Under the pieces are notes generated by a model. The model was given only the letters and a program-made list of their open reading frames with translations. It did not search any database and was not told the origin of the DNA. This document shows positions 1 through 12,216 of a stretch of 64,000 nucleotides of DNA, piece by piece. Within the stretch, counting starts at the first letter, position 1, and every line of letters starts with the position of its first letter. The stretch is from Octopus sinensis (lineage: Eukaryota), in contig NC_043010.1 of assembly GCF_006345805.1 (NCBI RefSeq), forward strand, positions 15,562,001-15,626,000, read 5' to 3'. The position numbers and the translations under genes are program-made.

Positions 1-794
1 GACCCTACAACGGCCGACCTGGGGTTAAACAGCAGATACCAATGGTGCTTAAATGTCAATAATGGTACATGGCAATATATCTTAGTAGAAGTGTTGTCGA
101 CTAAGTCGGTCTGCAAAATACTAAAACTGCTACTAATGGTTAGTTGTTGATGGTGAAATTGTATAAACGATAAGGTACAGGGGGAAAAAATGGCTACTGC
201 GCTGTGTAGAGTATAAGTGCTTTAAATCACAAGTGTGTATATGTATATATATGCGTGTGTGTGTGTGAGTGTTGTGAGTGAGAGAGGAAGAGAATTAGTG
301 CGCGTGAGTGTGTGTATATATATATATATACAGATACATGTACACGTGTGAGCGTGCGTGGGCGCCTATGTATGTATTGATGGAAATGAAATTCTTTGTA
401 TATACACTTTTGTGTATACATACTTTAACATACTTACATACGTACGTACCATAGATCGACAGAAATGGGAAGACAACTATAAATAAATACACGCAGGTCT
501 ATCGAAGGTGTGTATGTGTGTGTGTGTATATATCAGTGATGCGAAAACTGAAACATGCTGGCCTATTTTTAAAGAAATATATACGGTGGGGCATGGCTGT
601 TTGGTAAGAAAACTTCCTTTCCCAACGACACCGTTTCGGTTTCAGCCCCTCTGCGTGGTACCCCGGGGCAAGTATCTTCTACTATAGCCCTCGGTCGAAT
701 AATGCCTACCTACCCAAGGCTAACAGGAGAACTGAACCCAGAACCAATGTGCCTAGGCAGCGAACTTCTTAGCACACAACCATGCTTACGCTTT

Positions 795-850
795 TATATA
801 TATATATATATTATATTATATATATATATGTGTGTGTGTATGTATGTATG

Positions 851-881
<31 letters not shown>

Positions 882-1380
882 TATGTGTGTGTGTGTTTTT
901 ATATATATATATATGTGTGTGTGTATATATATATATGTGTGTGTATATATATATATATGTGTGTGTATATATATATATGTGTGTGTATATATATATATGT
1001 GTGTGTGTATATATATATATGTGTGTGTGTATATATATATATGTGTATATATATGTGTATATATGTTGTATATATATGTGTATATATGTGTATATACATG
1101 TGTATATATATATATGTATATATATGCGTGTGTATATATATATGTATATATATATGTGTATATATATATATGTATATGTGTATATGTGTGTATATATATA
1201 TATGTATATGTGTATATATGTATGTATATATGTATGTATATATATATATATGTGTATATATATATGTGTATATATATGTATATATATATATGTGTATATA
1301 TATATGTGTATATATATGTATATATATATATGTGTATATATATGTGTATATATATGTATATATATGTATACACACACACA
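795..1380. repeat. (TA)n/(TG)n compound microsatellite
   Basis: Direct reading; source of the spurious YI/CV ORFs. Confidence 0.97.
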
Positions 1381-2073
1381 AGGCGTTGTTCCACCATGGC
1401 CGCAGTCAAATGACTGAAACAAGTAAAAGAATATATATGTATATATATATATGTGTATATATATATGTGTATATATATGTATATATATATATATATATAT
1501 ATCCACAGAAGCGGCATGGCTACTTCATTTGAACCAGCGACGCAAACAAAGCACTCGGAGCATACTATCAAGTGGTTGGTCTTAGGAAGGGCATCCAGCC
1601 ACACAAACCCATGCCAAAGTGGATACTTAGAGCACAACGTAGTCCTTGGAACCCGTCCAACCCATGCCAGCATGGAACGACCACAGCAAATAACGACAAT
1701 GGATGTCGATACGCACGCGCACGCTTTCGATTCCTTCTCAATAGAAGTCAAATGTACACACCACTGTTTCCGATCTCATTCTATGGTTACCATGTTGCAT
1801 ACAAAAACTGTAACAACACAGTAGATCTGACATGTTTATATAAAGCATAAACTACACACACACACACACACACACACACATGTGGTTGAAACCTTTTGGA
1901 TTAACTGGTGCTAGAGTGAGCCATATAGTGACCACTCTCTTATATTTATTTTGTAAAAATATTATAATATATTATAAAATATTATAATAATCCAGGTTTC
2001 TCGGAGCACTAGGCCACTTGGTGTAGAATAGATATACTATTAAATTAGTATCTAATTCTCTCACCCTTATTAA

Positions 2074-2114
<41 letters not shown>

Positions 2115-3330
2115 GCTGCCATATTCGATGGTCATATTTTATTTGGCAAATTAACCACGCGCACTATATACTCGTTCTTCACTTCAGCCATATTATTGTT
2201 ATTATTTTCCTATCTTTTGTTTGAAATCTTTCCTCACACCTCCTGTGACCTCTTCAGCAACTAGTCATATGTCTCCTGTTTTGTTTAGTCCACAAGTGTA
2301 TGTGTGTGTGTATGTATGTATGTATGTATGTATGTGTGTGTGTGTATATATATATATATAATAACAAAGGGTAAAATTAATTAATTAAGAATTAATCAAT
2401 AATTTCACCAAGTAGAATTCGGCATGAAAAAAGGACCATTTCACGGTAAACTTAAGTAATACTTAATAATTAGGGTTCAGCAAAGATTTGGTTTACCACA
2501 TACTGAAGTTTAGAAATAGCAGCCAAAAAACCTTAGCTATTTCTTCTACTTTAAAAAGGGACTCCCAGAGAAACCAAAATACTTGAAAACAATTCACACA
2601 AACTTTGGTATGTGGTAAAGCAAATCTTTGCTGAACCCTAATTATTAAGTATATATATATATATATTACACACACACTACATATATAAATTGTAAATTAT
2701 ATATTAATATACATATGATATTCTTTCCTGGTTTCAGTCAGTCATCAGTGGCCATGCTACAGAATCTTTTTGAAATTCAAGATGCTTACAAGACATAAGT
2801 CTCCAAAGCAGTCACTAGTTTTGCAGTTGCTGAACTTCACCATCTGGACAAGAGCCAATATTGCATATATTATGGGGGTATTGGCTATACACAGGCATTA
2901 TCATTTGCTTAAAAGGTTGGTTTTGCGACCAATATAGCCACATGGTTCAGTCATACTGTGTGTCACATTGAGCTACTCTGCTCCAATAGCACTGGGCCAA
3001 CAAAGCTGTGGGAGTAAAATTGGTAAAGAGAATCTGAAAGAAACCAGTGTTATCTATTTATCTATGTGTGTGTGTGTGTGTGTAAGCATCCATCAATATC
3101 CTTTTTATCTTGAGATCACAAACTGATTGTAAAGAACACCACTGCTCATAAATAAAAAGAAGGAAAAAGACTGCCATTTGTTTGCAATCTTCTCTGACAA
3201 TATGGCCAGACATTACCTTGCTTGAAGGCTGATAAGAGGAAGAGCATCTGACTACAAAATCTGCCTCAAAACATTTCATCCCTGACTCATGCAGGTGAGG
3301 AAAGCTGGATGTTAAAACGATTATCATACA

Positions 3331-3698
3331 TTAGCACTATGACCCGGCAATGCCGGGGTCATAGTGCTAGTGCATGCATATACAGCTGCATGCGTGCGCA
3401 CATACACGCGAGTACTGTCCAAATCTCTGACCAATCACATATAGCTAGCTGGCATTCAATTGGTGTATGAAGTTTCAGGCATTTTGATTGGGTTTTGGAT
3501 AGAAAATTCACAAAAAAGTCACTTCTATTGATTTTTTAATGGCTTTGCAGGGTGGCTGGGAGAATGTAAAGACGTGCACGACCACCCTTGGATGGTTTTG
3601 AACGACCATAGAAAGTGCGAGCCCTCTAACTGAAAAATTGTGGATTTGTATAAAGGATACACACACAGACATTTTGCTATTTATATATATAGAGAGAT
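3331..3698 (+). mobile_element. Helitron/Helentron-like non-autonomous element
   Basis: 5' hairpin TAGCACTATGACCCGG-caatg-CCGGGGTCATAGTGCTA; 3' end ...acagacattttgctatttatatatatagagagat, an architecture typical of HINE/DINE-like elements. Confidence 0.55.
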
Positions 3699-4371
3699 GC
3701 TTGTTTCTCTGTGTATGTATGTATACTTATGCACACATATAGATATTAATATGCATGCATGTATATATATATATTAATATATCAACATTAGCCTTTACAG
3801 TCAATTATTGTGCCTATATGTCTTGTTAACAAACTTAAATATTTGTTGTACCTGATGTTTTGTAAATTAAAGCGTATTTGTTATCACCCAATCATGGTCA
3901 GCCAAATGCTTTTGTCTCACCCTGTCTGTGTTTCATACACCATTTACAGAGTAGCATTAGTTACACAAATCAACTAGAACACCAAACTCAGTGGTCCTGT
4001 TCATAAAATGTGACAAGACTGCTATGATCTCCAGGCAACAGCTGATGAGAGTTTGTTAACTTGTTTCTGTTGTCCAATGTACTTTATCTATCTTTGCTTA
4101 ATTTCTCTTCTGACCACATCACTTCCATCATGTATACACACACACACACACAGTAAAACATATATAAGAATACATACATATAAAATTATATTCCAATGTA
4201 TATCTAACTATATACATATATTCTATACAAACACATGCATCTCTTATTTGAAGCCAGCTTCAGTATAGTGAGCAGGACATCCTTATATAAAATGTCTAAA
4301 ATAACTGGCTCTTCCATCATGAACAAACCAGTGTCGAACATACATTTGTTCTATATAGCTTCATACATGCT

Positions 4372-4503
4372 GGCATAGATTGGAGGAGCAATAGATTTAG
4401 GTATTTTATACATGGATTTCCTTTTTCTCACTAAACCGGCATAGATTGGAGGAGCAATAGATTTAGGTATTTTATACATGGATTTCCTTTTTCTCACTAA
4501 ACC
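4372..4503. repeat. 66-bp exact tandem duplication
   Basis: ggcatagattggaggagc...ctcactaaacc starts at 4372 and 4438. Confidence 0.95.
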
Positions 4504-5186
4504 AGCTTCAAATAAATAAGAGATTTAATGTGTGCTTATATACAATGTATGTATACAGATGATGAATTTACACAAATATATAGGAATAATTTATGTAACT
4601 ATATATTATACATACATATAGTTATTGCTGGCCTTGTGTCTACATCAGAATATATAATATACATACATCAAGGGATAATATATACCTCTCTCTCTTTATA
4701 TATATATAAATAACTCTAATAATTTATATATATATATATATATATAGACACGCACACATACATGCGTAATAAAATCGTTTGCTTGTTTCAGTCATTTGAC
4801 TGCAACATGCTGGAACACCACTTTTAGTCAAATCGACTCCGAGGTTTTATTCTTTGTAAGCCTAGTACTTATTCTATCGGTCTCTTTTGCCAAACAGCTA
4901 AGTTACGGGTACGTAAACACAGCAACATCGGTTGTCAAGCGATGGTGGGGAGGGGAACAAACGCAGACACACACACACACATATATCAGAATGTAACCCC
5001 ATGTGAATCGTTGTCGAATTTCTTCCTCCGTCTTCCCTTCTACTGGACTTGCCTCTGTTTCCGAAGAAGAGCGTCTGCTCGAAACGTTAAACCATCTTTC
5101 TTTCCTTCTCTGAGCGTTTAACCACGTGCTCGCATCGTTGTTTTCTTTTTGTTTGTTCTTCGTTTTTGGATTTACTAATATATATA

Positions 5187-5219
<33 letters not shown>

Positions 5220-5602
5220 TATACGACGGGCTTTTTTTTTAGTTTCCGTCTACCAAATCTACTCACAAGGCTTTTGTCGCTCCGAGGCTATAGTAGAAGA
5301 CACTTCCCCAAGGTGCCACGCAATAGGACTGAACCCGGAAACCATGTGTGTGGTTGGGCAGGAAACTTCTTACCATCACACAGCCACATTCATATATATA
5401 CACATGCTCACGATGGTCCCAGCCCTCGATTACAAACTATGTGCAACCATTATTCGATCAACGGTTCGACCTGTTTCACGACGATGAGTAAATAATCCAA
5501 TGAATAGAAGAGGACGGAGAAAACTCTTGAACACATCTTTAATTAAAGATCTGTTAAAGTATTTTCATTGTCGTCTTCTTTTTATTGGATATATATATAT
5601 AT

Positions 5603-5991
5603 GGATCTTTTCAGTTTGAACGGCAGTTTTTAACATAATTTCTGGGGAACTAAAAAATTGTGTTTATAAAACATCTTTTTCTCTTGGCTTTATTGAGAAA
5701 ATTCTATAATTTGTAAGATATTTGTTGTTTTTTTCTTCAATTTCTCCAATTTCAACCAATCACTGACGTCCATTGAGGTAAAAAAAAAAACATTCTGTGT
5801 CGTATGAATATGTCCCTCGTTTAAGAAACAGATTGGGTTTATTTACATTTGTGAAAAAAAAAGATACCCTTCCCCCCACCGCTAACCCTAAAATATATTG
5901 AAATGCAATAGATCGATACTAGGGTCATAATTATGGGTGACAATTTCATATGACACCGCTAGAAAAACTGCCGTTCAAACCGAAAAGATCC
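5603..5991 (+). mobile_element. GG-terminated MITE (Merlin-like), copy 1
   Basis: TIR GGATCTTTTCAGTTTGAACGGCAGTTTTT ... AAAAACTGCCGTTCAAACCGAAAAGATCC; similar to three other copies; no TSD visible. Confidence 0.88.
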
Positions 5992-6524
5992 CGATTTAAT
6001 AGAGAGCTTATTTAATTTTTGACAACGTCTCCGAAGCTCACCATGCGCAATGCCTCCGCCGGTCAAATTAAGCTACGCTTCTTGCTTCTGCATGTAAGTG
6101 TAGACCAGGACAAGATTTCTTCTGGTGGAATGGCAGTTATCCATACATGCAATTCTTCCCACTCCACACGATCGCTGATTTGAAACAGAAGACCAGCAAA
6201 GGTAAACCCGGCGCAACTTGACACTAGTGTCTTCGCAGCCGTTATAACAATTCAGAACCGGGAACTGAGAGTGCAACAGATGCAACGAAGTTAACTCGTT
6301 TGGACTCTCAGAATTCTGCTGATCCACTTCCATCGATCGAATAAGATAAACGACGAAGTTGACCCGCGGTGGTATTTGAACCCAAGGCGCTGAGATTTGA
6401 AACAAATATCACTAAGGAATTAATATTCAGCGCTCTGATGATTCTGCTAACCCCCCTCATAGTATGTGTAAATGTGTGTAGACATATATATACAAACACA
6501 CACACAAGCACACGTGTGTGTACG

Positions 6525-6993
6525 TTCGACTTCAGACTAGGACCAATCGTAAATGCTCGACTTAATTCAAAGACTAGGACCGATCGTAAATGCTCGACGT
6601 AATTCAAAGACTAGGACCAATCGTAAATGCTCGACTTTATTCAAAGACTAGGACCGATCGTAAATGCTCGACTTTATTCAAAGACTAGGACCGATCGTAA
6701 ATGCTCGACTTAATTCAAAGACTAGGACCAATCGTAAATGCTCGACTTAATTCAAAGACTAGGACCGATCGTAAACGCTCGACTTAATTCAAAGACTAGG
6801 ACCGATCGTAAATGCTCGACTTAATTCAAAGACTAGGACCGAACGTAAAATGCTCGACTTAATTCAAAGACTAGGACCGATCGTAAATGCTCGACTTAAT
6901 TCAAAGACTAGGACCGATCGTAAATGCTCGACTTAATTCAAAGACTAGGACCAATCGTAAATGCTCGACTTAATTCAAAGACTAAGACCGATC
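6525..6993. repeat. 37-bp minisatellite, ~12.5 copies
   Basis: Unit AATTCAAAGACTAGGACCGATCGTAAATGCTCGACTT, head-to-tail with no spacers. Confidence 0.97.
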
Positions 6994-7581
6994 ATATGAC
7001 AAACAACTCAATGCAATTTAAAAAGTAAAAATCAAAGCACAGGGCTTTATGAAAAATATGGCCTGTATGTCTGTATGTTTATGAGAGACGGTGTGAAAAT
7101 GCAGTAAAACACACACACAAACAATACTTACTGAAGACAATAAGAACGATGGACGGTCATAAACAAATATCTATAAATACATACCACAATAGACAGAGAA
7201 ATATTTGTACCCACACGACATTACAACTCGCATTCTACTCAAGAAACAGAGGATTACATATATATATATACATATATATAAACTCACATCCCAATATATG
7301 CAATATTATATACGTGTAATAATAAAACAGGGACGGAAAAATGCCCCAACATGGCTGCCGAGAACATTATCTATCCATCTACCTACCTACCTATCTATCT
7401 ATAAATCTATCTATCTAGATAGATAGATAGATAGTAGTGGAAGTTTCTCCTTGTCATGTTTTGCTTCTCTTACTCACTCACCCTCCAATTAAAAATAGAC
7501 AAGGACAAGGGACCGAACCTAATTCCCACCGCAATATTCCCAGAGATCGGTTGGGGAGCAACAGCCAGAAATACACATATA

Positions 7582-7624
<43 letters not shown>

Positions 7625-9711
7625 CAGACACAGAGTGATCTATTTATGAATGCATTGTGTTCATATAGTAATAAGACAATAGACGCATATGCATATATAT
7701 ATACATATATATATATGCATACACACACACACACTCACAGGTAAATATATAAGTATGTATGTGAGTATACTATAGGTATATGTAAACAGAATACATCTAA
7801 ATTTCCAGTAGCGGCTTTAATGAGAAGCGACCGATAAAACAATGAGAACTCACCTATGTGTGTCACCATCCACACAAGTACATACTATAAGTTTTTGCTT
7901 GCCTCTAACGACATAGGTATGTATCTACCCGCTCACACACACACACACATATTATATATATATATATATATATATATTCCACACTTGTAATGACAGGCAT
8001 ACTCTACGTACAGTTACATGAGGACATATCTATCTACCTACATATATACATAGAAAATGCACAGCTTTCATAATGGTGAAAAAAAAGATGAACCCAACGC
8101 CTAAGGACGCATTAATATGGTTCGTATGGTAACTAATTATAGTCACCATACGAACCAAGAAAGGAGCTCTTTCTTAGTCGGACGACTCAGCTAGAAATAG
8201 CAGCAAAATTTCTGATGCACACCCTTACTGCCTTAGCAGAGGGACACATTAGATATAGTCGGTGTGTGCTGGGGTGTGAAAAAAAAAATCCGGATAGCCA
8301 CGGCTGGAATGCTTTTGATGAATGGTTTAATCTCGTCCGAGCTTACCGAGAGTCAAGCAAAAACAACAGACCCTACGTGGTCCCGAGATCATCAAGAAAT
8401 AATAACCGAGTCTCTCAAATCATACCCTTAGACTAAGTTCTATTTCTTGAAAAAGAGAAAGACGGTTATGGTTATTGCTGGAACAATTTTAATCGATCCA
8501 GAAAGGAGGGAGACCCATTGTTATATTATATTTTGTATGTACGATGGGAGATAGAAAAGAGGGAATAAATTATTTATTGCGGGGTGTTTACAGTGCCAGT
8601 ATATCGTACAAGAGGCATAAAATATCCGGGTACCACTCAGTAAGGTGTCTGGAATTTAAGACAACCTCAGAAAAGCTGCACAGGGCGTGTATGTGAAATA
8701 CATATATATCGGGTTCATTTGAGTATACATACATTTATACTATATAAACATTTGAGAATCTGCACTAATTTTGTACGGAGTTCATTTATGTAAGGAGGAA
8801 CTTGTATGTAAACACGTGTATGTATATCTATATGTACGATACAGTGTGCTTATATATGCGTATAGCTGATGAATACACAGCTAAGTACAACATGTATGTG
8901 TGTAATTATGGGTATCTATGTAAGGTTGTTCAGTACAGTGTACTACACAACCTTACATAGACATGTATAACGTATGTGTATATGATTTTGTATTGGGTGT
9001 GTGTGTATAGCACGTCATGTGTTGCGTGTGTGTATAAGAATATAGGAGCAATAATTAGGAGTACATCGATCTGTATGCACAGATGTCTAATACACACACC
9101 TATGTGTATAACTTAGTATTACACGACACATGTATGCTTATAGCAGTATCGCATTGGATACACGTGTTTCGAGTAACTTTGAAAGGCAGGCTACACATTT
9201 GAGCACACCTGTAACACACGGCATCTGATAATATAAGTAATAATATACAGGTGAATGTTCGATCTATATTTTACTGATGCTCTTGTTCATCTGTGTATTC
9301 TGCCAGGTATACACACACACGCACGCACACCGTGCGTAAATGATGTCCACATGACAGTATCGTCGTCAAAATATCTAAGTTGGACATGTATAATATATAT
9401 AGATATGAAGACACATCAAAAGTGCGTTAACATACGCAAATGATGTGTACAGTACTTGTGTAAAACGATATAGAGCGCGGATGATTTGTATATCTTGCTA
9501 TATACAGACTGTGAATGTGATGTGTGTGTATGTGTATATATATATATGTATGCATACACACATGCACAGTAGCTGTTCGCGGTGTCATTCATTCATAAAT
9601 ATACAGAGGTCGTTTGTGTGCATACATATTAAAGTGTGTTTAAAAAGGAACAGCTGGATTTGTATATGCATATGATTAAAATGAAGAACGAACGATTTTA
9701 TTGTGTCAATG

Positions 9712-9754
<43 letters not shown>

Positions 9755-11231
9755 ACGCACAACATTAAAAAAAAAGGATAGAGGCAAGAGAAATAAACAC
9801 AATATTAAGTTACATTTCAAACATTGGCGAAAAGCATAGTGCTATTATAGCCTCCAGTGAACCGAAAGCCTGTTAAATATATTTGATAGAAATTCGAGGC
9901 ATCGAATAGCCAAGTTGGACCCGGTAGAATTTGAACTCCGAGCATAAAACTGGTGTAACTCAATATCGCAAAGCGCTTCAACTAATTTCCCGTTACCCCG
10001 GAAGTATGAAAAATAAAGGGCAAAGTTTTGGTGGAATAGCTGTCCCCCCCCCCCGAAATCTTAACCTCATGGGAAAGGAAACGAGTAGAGTTTTAGCAGG
10101 GGTGTTTTTCTTTCTTTCTTCTTCTTCTTCAGTGTTTAGTATTCCAAATTTAGTACTTCCTTTCATACAATGAAGATTACGATTCTGGAATAAAAAAAAG
10201 CCTTTCCAAAAATCTCAATTCTCTTATATATTTTTGCTCCCTAACTTCCGCAGTCAATTTCATCCCCATTATCATGAGACTTGGAGGGACAAGCTATTCC
10301 AAAACTTTACGAGGTAAATTGGATTGAAGGGATTCGAACTCAGGACATAAAAGGGCCGTAACTAAAGACATCCAAGTATTTTGTCCGGCACTAATGAGAT
10401 TCTGCCAATCCAATAATTTCTAACATAGGGTAACAAATAATACAAACTTCACCAGAAATAAATTAGCGGCAAAGGCAAAGAATACGCACACCACCCGTTT
10501 TCGGCGTTTAGGATTAGGTTTAGGGTTACGCCGAAAACGGGTGGTGTGCATATTCTTTATATTATAAAATTGGTATTTCGTCTTTATAACTAATGTCTTC
10601 TAGTGCTGTTCTTTAGAGCATTAGGGTTGGCGGAATCCTGTCTCTATGACAAGTATCTGTAATAAACATGCCGGTTGAAAATCGGTAACTCATCTGTATA
10701 GACACTCAGTGAAGGGGTAGGATTGATTTTCCTTTTTACAGAATCGTAATTATTTCAACTATTTCAAAACTCTTCCTAGTTTCTTCTTATATAGGTTACA
10801 GCTTTAAAACTTTTTTTGGTGGAGGTTGGCAACTGATTTCGATTTATAACAAGCCAGGGGAGGATGGATGATGAAAAAGCAAAGTCGACTTCGACAGGTT
10901 TTCAACTCGGAAATGTAAAAGAAAAAACCCAAAAAAAACTGTGACTTAAATACTGCAAGACATTAATTATTATGCTCGATGCTTTAATGATTCTGCTAAA
11001 CCAGCAACGAATTTTCTGCCATTCTGATGTTTTTAAAGAAAGGTCCTAGCTGCACGAACCATAGTTGATAGACGTGTCTAAAACCGCTTTTGCTCACCAC
11101 TAATATATATATATATAACACAGATGATATATATATATATATATACACTAGACATTTTATACATACATATTCCAAATGGTCAGACACATGTTTTGTTTGT
11201 TAATTATGTATCAATGCTTTTTTTTTTCAAA

Positions 11232-11240
11232 ACTTACCTG
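11232..11240 (-). other. 5' splice donor of Smad6/7 intron 1
   Basis: Plus-strand acttacctg reads CAG|GTAAGT on the minus strand, immediately after the CNPYHWSLLLNT codons. Confidence 0.93.
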
Positions 11241-12216
11241 TGTTCAGTAAGAGACTCCAGTGGTAAGGATTACAGCATACATAGTAAGGATCATCTCCAC
11301 TTGTGCAACAAGGCAGTCTCTTCAGTTCCGTGCCCGGTCCAATATCTGGCCATCGCCACAGTTGGCAACAAAGGACGTGCGCCGCTACCGTCCGCCGACC
11401 CAGGCGAAGATCGCCCTTCGGCAGGAGTACACAGTCGGTTGTCTCGCCGCCCTTACTCTCCACAGACTGAAGCAAGACGTTCAATTGGGGCTCAGTTAGT
11501 CTTTTCAGCATTGAATGGGACACAGCCTTCAGTTCCATCTCGTCCGTGCACGGTGACACAGATGGCGTTGGCGAGGGACATGATGATGATGAGGATGAAG
11601 ATGAGGATGATGACGATGATGATGAGGAAGATGAAGAGGATGATGGTGATGATGATGACGACGACGACCCGTTGTTATTGTGGTTAATATTGTTGTTGTT
11701 GTTGTGTTGATGATTGCTTTTGTGTTGTTGATGGTTGTTGTGTTCGTGTTGTTCTGTTTGTTGGTGATGTTGGTCGTGGTTGTTGTGCGACTGGTGAAGC
11801 AGCCGGGGTTCGATTTCGTCGTTTTCCTGTACGAGTTCATGCTGCTGTTGTTGTTGTTGATGGTATTGGTGATGGCGGTGATGGTGGTGGTGGTGGTAGT
11901 GCTGTTGTTTTTGTTCTTGCGTATCGCCAACATTGGCACCCAAGCCCGTGCCACAGCAACCGACATTAGTGTCACTACCTCCGCCGCCGCTACCACCACC
12001 ACAACCACAACCCGTGCCACCTGCGCAACAGCAAACAAGCGTGGTGCCACCGCCGCCGCCGCCACAACAGCAACCACCACCACCACCACTACCACCACCA
12101 CCCGTGCTGCCGCTGCCCGCGCCACCGTTTTCAGTCGTACTCGAGGTTTCATTGTGTAGAATGCGATTTTTCCACAAGCGCTTCACAAGGGCGTTACGTT
12201 TAATAGAACGGAACAT
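11238..12216 (-). CDS. Smad6/7: Inhibitory Smad (Smad6/7, Dad-like), first coding exon: N-terminal motif, low-complexity insert and MH1-like domain
   Basis: ATG at 12216 gives MFRSIKRNALVKRLWKNR, matching the I-Smad N-terminus (vertebrate MFRSKRSGLVRRLWRSR type). The C-terminal part LKRLTEPQLNVLLQSVESKGG..CVLLP..HVLCCQLWRWPD..LKRLPCC..VCCNPYHWS is the I-Smad MH1-like region. The exon ends at a perfect donor CAG|GTAAGT (11238/11237); 979 nt, phase 1. The ORF-track start at 12297 is a GTG. PY-motif and MH2 exons were not found in the window. Confidence 0.95.

Larger units (their letters stand above)
1..11237 (-). other. Probable intron 1 of Smad6/7 (continues beyond the left edge unless a small exon was missed)
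   Basis: Lies downstream of the donor; no convincing PPxY or MH2 exon recognised; repeat-rich. Confidence 0.6.

Noticed and set aside
782-1751. Long YI/CV/HTYI ORFs here and at 23-25, 32, 49 and 52-54 kb
   Set aside because: They are stop-free translations of dinucleotide and tetranucleotide microsatellites.
2725-2750. Minus-strand CTGATGA..GAAAC
   Set aside because: No stem II; it is a mutated SINE family 1 tail.
4035-4075. CTGATGA plus hairpin as a hammerhead
   Set aside because: No GAAA after stem II.
6040-6405. 110-aa ORF and splice-like sites
   Set aside because: No Smad similarity in any frame; at best a faint transposase relic that I cannot support.
6525-6993. 37-bp repeats as a CRISPR array
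   Set aside because: Units are contiguous with no unique spacers, there are no cas genes, and the context is eukaryotic.
8740-8800. Minus-strand VPPYINELR as a possible PY-motif exon 2
   Set aside because: Poor acceptor, no good donor, not a true PPxY, and no further Smad similarity.
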